Below are positions 45,903-55,643 of a stretch of 64,000 nt of DNA, piece by piece. Position 1 is the stretch's first letter; each line of letters starts with the position of its first letter. The position numbers and the translations under genes were made by a program. The DNA is from an uncultured Candidatus Saccharibacteria bacterium. Lineage in GTDB: Bacteria; Patescibacteriota; Minisyncoccia; Phycocordibacterales; UBA12445. The notes under the pieces are model-generated. The model did no database searches. It worked only from the letters and a program-made list of their open reading frames with translations, and was not told where the DNA came from. Location: assembly GCA_964531375.1 (NCBI GenBank), contig CAZHDO010000001.1:2282-66281 (forward strand), given 5' to 3'.

Positions 45903-46832
45903 GTGGAAGAGCTAAATAAAACACAAATTATACTATTGGCGATATTCATAACCCTCGTGACTTCTGCTGCGACGGGTGTGATTGTTGTGACCCTGATGGA
46001 TCAGGCTCCTCAAAGTATTACTCAGACAGTGAATAGAATAGTAGAGAGAACCGTTGAGAAGGTTGTTTCTCCTGGAAAAGTTGAAAAAACTGAAATAAAA
46101 CAAATCTTAAAAGAAGATGATACCGTTGTTTCTTCAATTAAAAAAACAAAGCTATCTCTTGTTCGTGTTGTTAGGGAAAAAGGCTCAGTTGAAAATATGA
46201 GCATCAATCCAAATCCAGTTGACTCATCTATTGGGCAGTCTGTTATTTTTGATGTTAATCAAGAAGCGAGTTTAAGCTTGGCTTTGCTTACTGAAGGCGA
46301 GGAGGGAAGTAAGATTGGCTTTTTTGTTTCAAACGACGGGTTAATTGTCACAAGCTCGAGTATTGTTGGTAGTGTAAATTCAAAATATTATGCAATTTTG
46401 TCAGACGGAACAAACGCTCCTTTAAGTTTGATTAAAAGTGAAAGTTCTTCTGGTGTGGCTTTGTTTAAGGTGGTGATTTCAAAAGATAAAAATTATTTTG
46501 TACCGATTAGTGCTCTTTCTAGCGACCAGGTTTCTCTCGGTAAAACTGTTATTTCAATGGGAATTGAGGGTGGAGCTAATGTCGTGTCTATGGGTTATGT
46601 GTCTTATGTGAGATTAGGGAATGCTTCTTCGACTCCTGTAATTAAGACAAGTATAAAGGCGCTAGAGAGCTGGGGCGGGCGTCCTTTAATTGATATAAAT
46701 GGTTTTTTGATTGGTATGTATGGTTCAAATAACGAAGTAATACCTTACTCTATAATAAAAAATTTAATTGGGGCTTCTACTGGTGCTAAGGTAGGTGACA
46801 TTTCAACCACAACTTACAAAAACACCAATTAG
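45903..46832 (+). CDS. Membrane-anchored trypsin-like (S1C/HtrA-fold) protein with a degenerate catalytic triad
   Basis: GFFVSNDGLIVTSSSIV, GVALFKV and ESWGGRPLIDING correspond to the TNxHV, DLA and GNSGGPL motifs. Confidence 0.7.
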   Translation: MEELNKTQIILLAIFITLVTSAATGVIVVTLMDQAPQSITQTVNRIVERTVEKVVSPGKVEKTEIKQILKEDDTVVSSIKKTKLSLVRVVREKGSVENMSINPNPVDSSIGQSVIFDVNQEASLSLALLTEGEEGSKIGFFVSNDGLIVTSSSIVGSVNSKYYAILSDGTNAPLSLIKSESSSGVALFKVVISKDKNYFVPISALSSDQVSLGKTVISMGIEGGANVVSMGYVSYVRLGNASSTPVIKTSIKALESWGGRPLIDINGFLIGMYGSNNEVIPYSIIKNLIGASTGAKVGDISTTTYKNTN

Positions 46833-46862
46833 TTAATGTTTTAAGGTGTAATTTTAGTTTAT

Positions 46863-46891
46863 TTGACAATTGACTTGTTGGTTATTAGAAT
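46863..46891 (+). promoter_or_regulatory. Sigma70 promoter of clpB
   Basis: TTGACA-17nt-TAGAAT. Confidence 0.7.
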
Positions 46892-46918
46892 GTGCGGAAA
46901 CAACTTAATTTAAAATAT

Positions 46919-49579
46919 ATGATTCCATTTAACAACTTAACTTCAAAAGCAAGGGAGACAATAAGAAAAGCTCACGAGCTTGTAATAGAGAGGGGTCAGA
47001 ATCAGGTCAATCCGATTCACCTTTTGGTATCTCTTTTAATACAAGAGGAGAGTCTTGTTTTGTCTATTTTGGATAAGATGGAAATAGATACCGCTCTTCT
47101 TCTTGATCAGTTACTTGAAAACGTCGAGGGCACTGAAAGTCCCAATGTCATTTCTCCTTCATATCAGATTTATTTAACAGCGGAACTCGTTAAAATTTTA
47201 GACGATTCGGCTAAGGTTGCTGCAAGTCTTAAGGATGATTTTATTTCAACCGAGCATCTTTTTATTTCCCTGATAGACGTTCCAAGTCAGGCAAGAGAAA
47301 TTCTAACTAGGTTTAAGATAAAAAGAGAAGATGTTGTCAGAATCCTTGAGGATATGAGGAAGAATAAGGGTGGTGATGTTGCGCCAAAAAAGAAGCCAAG
47401 AGCCCTTGAAAAATATACAAGAAATCTCACAAAGATGGCGATGGAGGATAAACTCGATCCTGTTATTGGACGTGATGAAGAGATTAGAAGAGTTATGCAG
47501 ATTCTTTCAAGGAGGACAAAAAATAATCCGGTATTAGTGGGCGAGGCCGGTACAGGTAAAACTGCCGTCGCGGAAGGTTTAGCGATAAGAATTGCTAAGG
47601 GTGACGTTCCTGAAATATTAAAAGGCAAAGAAATCGTTTCGCTTGATATTGGTTCTCTCGTTGCTGGTACGAAATTTAGAGGAGAATTTGAGGAGAGATT
47701 GAAAGCTATTCTTAAGGATATTGAAAGAGCTAGTGGAAATATAATTTTGTTTATAGATGAAATTCACACAATAGTTGGAGCTGGTGCGGCTGAAGGTTCG
47801 CTTGATGTTTCAAATATGATAAAGCCTGCGCTTGCAAGGGGTGAGCTTAGAGCTATTGGAGCCACAACTTTAAATGAATACCAAAAGCATATTGAAAAAG
47901 ATTCTGCTTTAGCTAGAAGATTCCAGCCTGTTCATATTGGTGAGCCAAGCATTGAAGACGCTGTTGCTATTTTAAGAGGCCTCAAAGATAGATACGCACT
48001 ACATCATGGTATTAGAATTACCGATGCCGCTATTGTCGCTGCTGTAAATTTATCTAGTAGATATATTGCAGATAGATTTTTGCCAGATAAAGCAATTGAC
48101 CTTATTGATGAAGCTTCTTCTTCTTTGCGTCTTCAGTTAGAGGACAAACCTATCGCAATTCAAGATACTGATAAGAAAATAATGAGATTGGAGGTTGAAA
48201 GAGAGGCTCTTAAAAAAGAAGCTGAAGGAAAAGATGTTCAGGCTAAGACTAGGATTAAAAAGATTGATAAAGAAGTCGCTGATCTAAGAGAAAAAATTTC
48301 AGAAGTTGATATGAGGTGGAAGAATGAGAAAAAAATAATCGCAGATATGAGAGCCTTGAAGAAAGACCTTGAGGGTCTTAGGCTTGATGCAGAATCAGCT
48401 GAAATGCGATCAGATTTAGCTTTGGCTGCGGAAATAAGATACGGGGTAATTCCTACTAAAGAAATCGCGCTTACTACTCTTGAAAATAAATTAGAAAAAT
48501 TATCCCCAAGAAGACTTCTTCGTGAAGAGGTTACAGAAGAAGACGTTGCAAATGTTGTTGCAAAATGGACTGGTATTCCTGTATTGAGAATGCTTGAAGA
48601 GGAGGCTGAAAAACTAAAAAGAATGGAGGAAGAACTTAAGAAAAAAGTTCTTGGTCAAGACGAGGCAATCAAGAAAATTTCTGAGGCTATCAGGAGGTCA
48701 AGGGCTGGTGTTGGTGATCCAGATAGACCAATTGGCTCATTTATGTTCTTGGGCCCATCAGGTGTTGGAAAGACTGAACTTGCAAAGACTTTGTCTCAAT
48801 TCTTGTTTAATGACGAGAAGGCGATAATTAGAATTGATATGTCAGAGTTTATGGAGAAACATTCAGTTTCTAAACTGATTGGTTCACCTCCAGGATATGT
48901 CGGCTACGATGAAGCTGGAAAACTTACAGAACAGGTGAGACATAGACCATATTCGATTGTTCTCTTTGATGAAATCGAAAAAGCTCATCCAGAGGTGTTT
49001 AACATTCTTCTTCAGGTACTAGACAACGGACGTCTTACTGATTCAAAAGGAAGAACAGTAAATTTCAAGAATACTGTAATTATTTTAACTTCAAACATTG
49101 GTTCAGAATTCGTAAATAAAATGGAGACTATCGGTTTTGGAAACGGTAGTGCCGATAGGACCGAATACAATATGATGAAGGAGAGAATTATGGAAAGGCT
49201 TAAGGATAGCTTCAGACCAGAGTTCTTAAATCGTCTTGATGAAATACTTATCTTTGATGTTTTGAATAAAGAAACCATTAAAGGTATCGTTGGTGTTCAA
49301 ATCGATATACTAAAGAAAAGATTGTCTGATAAAGGAATTCTATTGGAAGTTAGGCCTGACGTATTCGAATACCTTTCTTCCCAAGGAATCAACCCTCAGT
49401 ATGGTGCTAGACCCCTAAAAAGGCTTATTCAGACAAAGATATTGAATAGGGTGGCTGAATATGTTATATCTAAGAGTCTAGGGGCGAAATCAGTCATTCT
49501 TGTCGATGTGAAAAATAATGATATAATAGTCGACGTTAATGAAGGAATTGAAGCAAGGGTGTCTGTAAAAAAGCGTTAA
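46919..49579 (+). CDS. clpB: ATP-dependent chaperone ClpB
   Basis: Two AAA+ modules ([16 protein letters not shown]) with a long coiled-coil middle domain. Confidence 0.95.
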   Translation: MIPFNNLTSKARETIRKAHELVIERGQNQVNPIHLLVSLLIQEESLVLSILDKMEIDTALLLDQLLENVEGTESPNVISPSYQIYLTAELVKILDDSAKVAASLKDDFISTEHLFISLIDVPSQAREILTRFKIKREDVVRILEDMRKNKGGDVAPKKKPRALEKYTRNLTKMAMEDKLDPVIGRDEEIRRVMQILSRRTKNNPVLVGEAGTGKTAVAEGLAIRIAKGDVPEILKGKEIVSLDIGSLVAGTKFRGEFEERLKAILKDIERASGNIILFIDEIHTIVGAGAAEGSLDVSNMIKPALARGELRAIGATTLNEYQKHIEKDSALARRFQPVHIGEPSIEDAVAILRGLKDRYALHHGIRITDAAIVAAVNLSSRYIADRFLPDKAIDLIDEASSSLRLQLEDKPIAIQDTDKKIMRLEVEREALKKEAEGKDVQAKTRIKKIDKEVADLREKISEVDMRWKNEKKIIADMRALKKDLEGLRLDAESAEMRSDLALAAEIRYGVIPTKEIALTTLENKLEKLSPRRLLREEVTEEDVANVVAKWTGIPVLRMLEEEAEKLKRMEEELKKKVLGQDEAIKKISEAIRRSRAGVGDPDRPIGSFMFLGPSGVGKTELAKTLSQFLFNDEKAIIRIDMSEFMEKHSVSKLIGSPPGYVGYDEAGKLTEQVRHRPYSIVLFDEIEKAHPEVFNILLQVLDNGRLTDSKGRTVNFKNTVIILTSNIGSEFVNKMETIGFGNGSADRTEYNMMKERIMERLKDSFRPEFLNRLDEILIFDVLNKETIKGIVGVQIDILKKRLSDKGILLEVRPDVFEYLSSQGINPQYGARPLKRLIQTKILNRVAEYVISKSLGAKSVILVDVKNNDIIVDVNEGIEARVSVKKR

Positions 49580-49598
49580 GTGTTGAAAATTAAATATC

Positions 49599-49620
49599 TG
49601 GCAGTGTAAAAACACTGCCA
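49599..49620 (+). terminator. Hairpin between clpB and tRNA-Tyr
   Basis: tggcagtgt-aaaa-acactgcca; no U-tract, so role uncertain. Confidence 0.4.
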
Positions 49621-49623
49621 TCT

Positions 49624-49706
49624 GCGCAGGTGGTAGAGTGGTCAATTACAACAGACTGTAAATCTGTCGGCTTCGGCCTACGAAGGTTCGAATCCTTCCC
49701 TGCGCA
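49624..49706 (+). tRNA. tRNA-Tyr(GUA)
   Basis: GCGCAGG acceptor stem, ACAGA-CTGTAAA-TCTGT anticodon arm, long variable arm. Confidence 0.95.
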
Positions 49707-49863
49707 TAAATTATAAACACCGAAAGGTGTTTTAATTTTGCGCAGGAGCAAGACAACTGCTTGTCTTGCGCGAAGGATTCGAAAAGCTTCTCCCTTATAT
49801 TTTAGGATTAGATAATCCTAAAATATGGGAAAGCTATACTGTCCCTGTAAGGGAAGAATCCTT
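49707..49863 (+). repeat. Structured element downstream of tRNA-Tyr
   Basis: Inverted tRNA 3' end split in two (tgcgcagg at 49739, gaaggattcgaa at 49772) by the AACTGCTT hairpin 49748-49769; closes with gaatcctt at 49856. Confidence 0.8.
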
Positions 49864-50301
49864 TTTTATGTCAACAAATAAATATCGGGTACAGCGAAGC
49901 GGATTCCAGAGGATAGGTGTAATCTCGCATTTAACGCTAGCCTCTTTGATAGATTTATTATTTTGACTAATTAATTTTCTAAAATTATTACTCTGTTTTT
50001 ATAAGATAGCGATAATTAAAAGAATATTAGTGCTGCGTTAAGGAGTCTTTTTTGCTATTATGTTTATATAATTAAATAAAATTCATTAGGGTGTGATAAA
50101 AAATTCGTTTAAGAATAAAAAAGTTTCATTACCCCAATTACCTTAATAGTTCATATGTGTTTGAGGGGTTAAAATTTGTTTTGAACAAAAGAATTCAGTG
50201 AGATTAAGGAAAGGTTTAAAGAGCGGTATTTATGTTGATTAATGGTTTTTTATTTTTAAAAGTATTTTAATTTAGTAAAAATATAACTACTCTTTTAATA
50301 T

Positions 50302-50868
50302 ATGTATATATCACCTTTAATTCTAATTTTTGCATGGATATTATATAGTCACTATAAAGATGTATCTCGAGATCGAATTTTTGATTTGGAAAACGAAATT
50401 AAGAATTTAAAAAATAAAGACAAATATTCTTTATATAAGGATGATTACTATGTTGAAGAATCAAGACAAAACAGCATAAAACAAGAAATTATGTATTATC
50501 CATCAGAGGCTCAGGATCGAAGCATGTTGGGCGTTAAACACGACGCATCGTCTGAAAAAATAAGGGAAGCTTATTTATTAAAAGTTCGAGAGGCAAAGGG
50601 TGGTGGTGTAGAATTAAATACAGATATTTACTCAGCTTATAAAAGGTTGTCGAATATAGAAAAAAAGCGCACGGAAATCAGGGAAAAAGAGAATGAAAAA
50701 AATAAGGAAAAAATAAAGCAGGTTAATGAAGAAAGGGAATACGACAACGAGGAGTCAATTGTTTTTAACTGTGGCTCCTGTGGTAAACAAATAAGACAGA
50801 ATAGAGATCAGGGGAAAATATCAATAATTTGTCCATATTGCCATCGTGTATCAAGGGTTATAACGTAA
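50302..50868 (+). CDS. Membrane-anchored protein with degenerate J-like domain and C-terminal zinc ribbon
   Basis: LGVKHDASSEKIREAY...IYSAYKRLSN without HPD; CGSC...CPYC. Confidence 0.6.
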   Translation: MYISPLILIFAWILYSHYKDVSRDRIFDLENEIKNLKNKDKYSLYKDDYYVEESRQNSIKQEIMYYPSEAQDRSMLGVKHDASSEKIREAYLLKVREAKGGGVELNTDIYSAYKRLSNIEKKRTEIREKENEKNKEKIKQVNEEREYDNEESIVFNCGSCGKQIRQNRDQGKISIICPYCHRVSRVIT

Positions 50869-50977
50869 AATATATAAAATTGATATTTCACTAAGTATTT
50901 TTTATTGATACATAGCTCGTATTATTTATCTTGTAAGTTAATTTAGCCCTCCCTTGGCCTAATTTTAAATTTATAAT

Positions 50978-51003
50978 ACTATATCAATATATCTTGATAT
51001 AGT
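50978..51003. promoter_or_regulatory. Probable ArsR operator
   Basis: Perfect 10-6-10 inverted repeat actatatcaa-tatatc-ttgatatagt just before the arsR-family start. Confidence 0.75.
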
Positions 51004-51008
51004 ATTTA

Positions 51009-51326
51009 ATGAAAACAATATCTTGCAAAAGTAAAGAATCTGCTTGCAAACTTGCCAAAACGGTTGAGTTTCTTGGGGTTATTGCCGAAGAAAATAGATT
51101 AAAGGCACTCTGTTTTCTTCGGTCCGGAGAAAAGTGTGTTTGTGAAATATGGCAATTTTTGAATATTCCTCAAAATCTAGCTTCTCATCATTTAAAAGTA
51201 TTGAAGGATTTTGGGTTGGTTAATGATCGAAAAGAAGGAATGAAAGTTTTTTATTCGCTTAATAAAAAGGAGTTATTAGGGTTTAATTTATTATTAAATA
51301 GGTTTTTAAAAACAAATGGAAAATAA
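51009..51326 (+). CDS. ArsR/SmtB-family transcriptional repressor
   Basis: EKCVCEI (CxC metalloid site), SHHLKVLK, RKEGMKVFYSLN. Confidence 0.92.
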   Translation: MKTISCKSKESACKLAKTVEFLGVIAEENRLKALCFLRSGEKCVCEIWQFLNIPQNLASHHLKVLKDFGLVNDRKEGMKVFYSLNKKELLGFNLLLNRFLKTNGK

Positions 51327-51627
51327 AAATATTAAAATTCAGGTTTTGGGTTCGGGATGTGCGACATGTAAGAAATTATATGAATCAGTTAAAGAAGCCG
51401 TTGTCGAAATGAATTTAGGATTAGAGGTTGAGTATGTTACTGATATTCAGAAAATTGTTTCTATGGGTATTATGTCTAGTCCAGCAATCGCTATTAATGA
51501 TAAACCTGTCTTAGCGGGTTCTTTGCCTAATAAAGAAAAAATAAAACAAATAATTTCCGATTTTATCTCAAATAACAAAAACGAATCTGATACGTCTTGT
51601 GGGTGTAGTTGTAATGGTAAATGTTAA
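51316..51627 (+). CDS. Small redox-active disulfide protein (thioredoxin-like)
   Basis: IQVLGSGCATC, GIMSSPAIAIN; Cys-rich tail CGCSCNGKC. Confidence 0.88.
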   Translation: MENKNIKIQVLGSGCATCKKLYESVKEAVVEMNLGLEVEYVTDIQKIVSMGIMSSPAIAINDKPVLAGSLPNKEKIKQIISDFISNNKNESDTSCGCSCNGKC

Positions 51628-51636
51628 TTAAAAAAA

Positions 51637-52605
51637 ATGAGCATATTTTACCCAATACAATTATTTGCAGATTGGCTGACATATTCAGTTTTTGGACTTA
51701 TGCCTGAGACCTTGTTTGCGGGTGCGGTTAATTTCTTTTTATTCGATACAATAAAGATATTTACCCTCTTATCTGTAATTATTTTTACTGTCTCAATTGT
51801 CCGGTCATATTTACCACCAGAAAAAATAAGAAATTTTTTGTCTCATAAAAATAGCTATAAAGATAATATCATCGCGTCACTTTTGGGAATTATTACTCCA
51901 TTTTGCTCTTGTTCAGCTATTCCGTTGTTTTTAGGATTTGTTCAAGCAGGCGTTCCTCTTGGGGTTACCTTTTCTTTTTTGGTTGCTTCTCCAATGATAA
52001 ATGAAGTGGCCCTAGTAATGCTTTTGGGTTTATTTGGTTGGAAAATAGCTCTCACTTATATATTGAGTGGTCTTGTTATCGCAATTTTGTCGGGAATAAT
52101 TATTGGCAAAATGAAGGTGGAGAATTTGGTGGAATCTTTTGTTTATGAAAACAAAATAAATGGAAAAGTTGAGCTACCTAATATGACAAGAAAAGAAAGG
52201 GTTATTTATGCGAGGGACTATACCTTAGATATTTTAAAAAAGGTTTGGCCGTATGTTCTTATTGGTATTGGAGCTGGGGCTTGGATACATGGCTATGTAC
52301 CAGCCGATTTTCTTGTAACATATGCAGGCGCCGACAAGTGGTACGCTGTTCCTCTTGCTGTGCTTGTTGGTATTCCTCTTTATTCTAACGCCGCTGGGAT
52401 CATTCCTCTTGTGTCTGCCTTAACTGAAAAGGGTGTGGCTATCGGCACAACTTTGGCTTTTATGATGTCTGTTACCGCCTTATCCTTACCAGAATTTATG
52501 ATTTTGAAGAGGGTAATGAAAACAAAACTTATTGTTATTTTTGCCAGTATTGTTGGCGTGGGAATAACGTTAACGGGATTTTTATTTAATTTTATTTTGG
52601 AATGA
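51637..52605 (+). CDS. ArsP/DUF318-family permease
   Basis: TPFCSCSAIP, FLVASP, ALSLPE; multi-TM. Confidence 0.9.
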   Translation: MSIFYPIQLFADWLTYSVFGLMPETLFAGAVNFFLFDTIKIFTLLSVIIFTVSIVRSYLPPEKIRNFLSHKNSYKDNIIASLLGIITPFCSCSAIPLFLGFVQAGVPLGVTFSFLVASPMINEVALVMLLGLFGWKIALTYILSGLVIAILSGIIIGKMKVENLVESFVYENKINGKVELPNMTRKERVIYARDYTLDILKKVWPYVLIGIGAGAWIHGYVPADFLVTYAGADKWYAVPLAVLVGIPLYSNAAGIIPLVSALTEKGVAIGTTLAFMMSVTALSLPEFMILKRVMKTKLIVIFASIVGVGITLTGFLFNFILE

Positions 52606-52683
52606 TTTCATAATATGAAAGAAAAATATCACCTGTGTTGTATTAGTAGTATAGAAGGTGGTATTAATAATTAATTCAATTTT

Positions 52684-53073
52684 ATGAAAAATAAAATATT
52701 AGGATTAGGGGTCTTGGCTTTGGTTTTAGGTTCAGCCTCTTTGTTGGCGGGCGGTGTTGAGGCTTATAAGGGTGATCCAGGTATTAAGGGTCCAAATTAT
52801 TCTGCAGAACGTCATGATGCAATGACAAAGGCTTTTGCAAATAAGGATTATGTTGCATGGAGTAAGCTTATGCAGGGCAAGGGTATGGTTAGTCAGATTA
52901 TAAATAAGGATAATTTTGCTAAATTTGCGGAAGCTCACAACCTAGCTCTTCAGGGTAAGAACGTAGAGGCCCAAAAAATAAGACAAGAGCTTGGTCTTGG
53001 AAAAAAAGACGGTTCTGGTAAGGGTCAGGGGGCTGGTAGGGGGATGGGGAGAGGTGGATGCTTAAATAAATAA
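52684..53073 (+). CDS. Secreted hypothetical protein with Gly-rich C-terminus
   Basis: Signal peptide; GKGQGAGRGMGRGG tail. Confidence 0.75.
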   Translation: MKNKILGLGVLALVLGSASLLAGGVEAYKGDPGIKGPNYSAERHDAMTKAFANKDYVAWSKLMQGKGMVSQIINKDNFAKFAEAHNLALQGKNVEAQKIRQELGLGKKDGSGKGQGAGRGMGRGGCLNK

Positions 53074-53082
53074 TTTATATCT

Positions 53083-53109
53083 TAAACCCCGATTAAATAT
53101 CGGGGTTTA
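53083..53109 (+). terminator. Hairpin, probable intrinsic terminator
   Basis: taaaccccgat-taaat-atcggggttta. Confidence 0.75.
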
Positions 53110-53145
53110 GTGATTCTTTGGTAATATTGATAGAATACAACACAG

Positions 53146-53688
53146 ATGAATGACAACATAAAATTTTTAGACGAAGAAATTGTAGAGAAAACTAGATCTG
53201 AAGATCAGAGTCTTTACTTTGTGATAATTGAAAGATACCAGTCTAAACTTTTGAGGTATGTTTTTAATTTAATAAAAGACGAAGATAAGGCGGCTGATGT
53301 TGTTCAGGAAACTTTCATTAAGGCGTTTATTAATTTAAATGGTTTTGATACTAAAAAGAAATTTTCTAGTTGGATATACAGAATCGCGCACAACGAAACC
53401 TTAAATATTATTAAAAAATACGAAAAAGAAACACCAATACCGGATGATTTTGAAGTTGAAAGCGAAGAAAGTATTGAAAAGGATTTCGAAAAAAGAGAAA
53501 TAAAAAACAGGGTTGAGAAGTGTTTGAGTGATTTGCCGATACTGTATTCCGAACCCCTTACTCTTTATTATATTGATGAAAAGTCGTATGAGGAGATTGG
53601 TGATATTTTACAAATACCAATGGGGACAGTCGCCGTTCGTATTAGTAGGGCAAAAGTATTAATGAAAAAAATATGTCAAAAGATCTAA
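53146..53688 (+). CDS. ECF sigma-70 factor
   Basis: DVVQETFIKAF, FSSWIYRIAHN, SYEEIGDILQIPMGTVAVRISRA. Confidence 0.93.
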   Translation: MNDNIKFLDEEIVEKTRSEDQSLYFVIIERYQSKLLRYVFNLIKDEDKAADVVQETFIKAFINLNGFDTKKKFSSWIYRIAHNETLNIIKKYEKETPIPDDFEVESEESIEKDFEKREIKNRVEKCLSDLPILYSEPLTLYYIDEKSYEEIGDILQIPMGTVAVRISRAKVLMKKICQKI

Positions 53689-54155
53689 AAAACATTAAGG
53701 ATTCTGTTATGGATAAAATTAACAATGGTCAGGTAAAAATGAAGCCCAAGGTATTTTTTGTTATTGGTTCTTTGTTAACCTTTATTGGGCTCGTGAGTTC
53801 AATAATAACTTCAGTTTTTTTGATTGCAATAACAAGATTTTTTATGCGGGCACATGGGCCGATGGGCGCGGTTAGATTAGATCAACTAACTTCAAATTTT
53901 CCTTGGTGGGCGCCGGTTATTGCTGTTATTTCGTTGTTAATCGGAATAAAACTTCTTCGATATTATGATTTTTCATATAAGAAAAATTTTGCTTTTATAG
54001 TTTTTGTTTTTGTATTAGCTGTTTTTGTAACAGGGTGGGTTTTTGACATGACAGGCTTAAATGATATTTGGCTTCAGCGAGGACCCATGAGGGGAATGAT
54101 GAGACAGTACTTTCAGACAAACAATGGTCAGTTTGATAAAGGTGAAAGATTGTAG
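53673..54155 (+). CDS. Membrane protein, probable anti-sigma factor
   Basis: Overlaps the 3' end of the sigma gene; 3 TM helices. Confidence 0.6.
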   Translation: MSKDLKNIKDSVMDKINNGQVKMKPKVFFVIGSLLTFIGLVSSIITSVFLIAITRFFMRAHGPMGAVRLDQLTSNFPWWAPVIAVISLLIGIKLLRYYDFSYKKNFAFIVFVFVLAVFVTGWVFDMTGLNDIWLQRGPMRGMMRQYFQTNNGQFDKGERL

Positions 54156-54215
54156 AAATTGTGATTTTATTTTGTATTAGAAAATAAAAAGCATTTAATA
54201 ATTAATATTATAAAA

Positions 54216-55106
54216 ATGACAAAAAATGAAGGGACAATTGATCGTTTGTTAAGACTAATACTGGTCGAAGTATTTTACATGCTTGGTTTCTTTTGGTTTG
54301 CGGGAGTTTGGCAAACGGTTTTTTATGTTTTGGCTATAGTGATGCTGTTTACCGCCTTAACTGGTTTTTGTGGTGTTTATAAGTTGTTTGGAATAAACAC
54401 TGATGATAAAAAACCAGTATCAAGTGTAACAAAAGTAGTCTTTGTATTTTTGTTTATTTTTATTGGTTTGGCGGGTAGTTATGCCAGTGATTTCTTTTCT
54501 AGAAAATTCTTTTTGGACGATTATAATAGGATGAATAATTACTATAAACAAACTCTTTTTAATACAGGACAAGATAAAAGACTGGAATCGATTAGTAACT
54601 ACGACGGATTAATTTCTGAATTTTCTATTTTTTCTGCAAAATATTTTACATATCATCCTTATGTAATAAGCGGTGATGCTCAATTTAATTCCGATCTGGT
54701 CAATGTCCAAAATATAATTTTAGGATTAAAAGAGAATGTTTATAATGGCGATTTAAAATTAACTCATAAAGATTTTGAAGTAATTCGTCCGATTTTTCAA
54801 GATATTTTAAAAAGAAATGGATTTTCAATGCTTCAGGTTTATCTGGTCGATTTCCATGACGCCATGGAAAAAATAATTGCAGCTGCAGATGCAAAAGATG
54901 CAGCAGGTATTATAACTGTTTACTCCGAGGTTGATACTAAGCTAAAGGCTGTTGAGGGGGTGGCGAACGATTCAGAGATTCAAACAATAAGACAAAAACT
55001 AGACGAAGTATTAAGTTTAGCCAAAGACGGAAGGGTAGATGAGCTTTCTGCAAAGGCGGCGGAGTTGAAGAGTAGTTTTGTTAAGGTTTATTTAGTAAGA
55101 GGATAA
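54216..55106 (+). CDS. DUF2892 (YgaP-like) membrane domain fused to a helical extracellular domain
   Basis: NEGTIDRLLR...TGFCGVYKLFGINT. Confidence 0.75.
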   Translation: MTKNEGTIDRLLRLILVEVFYMLGFFWFAGVWQTVFYVLAIVMLFTALTGFCGVYKLFGINTDDKKPVSSVTKVVFVFLFIFIGLAGSYASDFFSRKFFLDDYNRMNNYYKQTLFNTGQDKRLESISNYDGLISEFSIFSAKYFTYHPYVISGDAQFNSDLVNVQNIILGLKENVYNGDLKLTHKDFEVIRPIFQDILKRNGFSMLQVYLVDFHDAMEKIIAAADAKDAAGIITVYSEVDTKLKAVEGVANDSEIQTIRQKLDEVLSLAKDGRVDELSAKAAELKSSFVKVYLVRG

Positions 55107-55202
55107 TTATTTTGTATTTATATCTTGCAATAATAACCCACTTAGCGTATCTTTTTTGAAAGACGCATAGTTATTTGTTAAACTAAAATAAAGGAAAAAA
55201 TA

Positions 55203-55643
55203 ATGACAAATAACCAATTTGAGTTGCCGAAAGATGATATGGCTTTTAGGAAGATATACAAGAATCTTTTGGAGGAAGAAAAATTAACCACTGTTTTTAG
55301 GCCAGGTGTTCGGGACTGTAATAGGTTTCGGGGGTATTGTCCTGAAGATATTGTAAATGCCCGAGTTATCGACCAGCAAGGTCTTGATCGGGCTAGGGTT
55401 GCTCCAGTTTTTCTCGTTGAGCCTGTAAAGAAAATACAAGTTGAGCAAGTAGAGGTTAAGACACTTGGTTCTCTTTCTTCGAAAGATTTTATCGGATCGT
55501 CACCTGATGTGTATGATAAAAAATCTCTCATCTACCATCTCGGGTTAATTTACAATTTGGATATCTCGTCATTGTTGGATGATTCGCCGATTACAAGAAT
55601 CCAATTTCGTTACATAACACAAAAGGAGAAAAATCATGAATGA
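55203..55643 (+). CDS. Hypothetical protein, possibly ASCH/PUA-like
   Basis: MAFRKIY...EKLTTVFRPG...ITRIQFRY layout reminiscent of ASCH. Confidence 0.5.
   Translation: MTNNQFELPKDDMAFRKIYKNLLEEEKLTTVFRPGVRDCNRFRGYCPEDIVNARVIDQQGLDRARVAPVFLVEPVKKIQVEQVEVKTLGSLSSKDFIGSSPDVYDKKSLIYHLGLIYNLDISSLLDDSPITRIQFRYITQKEKNHE

Noticed and set aside
49892-49948. Weak hairpin agaggatag...ctagcctct as a riboswitch
   Set aside because: Imperfect pairing, no recognisable aptamer consensus, and far from the next start codon.
49766-49966. 66-aa ORF after tRNA-Tyr
   Set aside because: Starts with TTG inside the hairpin element and has no recognisable features.
52616-52646. ECF promoter (TGAAAG...TGTATT) upstream of the Gly-rich protein
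   Set aside because: Plausible, but no second copy with the same spacing was found, so it is not supportable.
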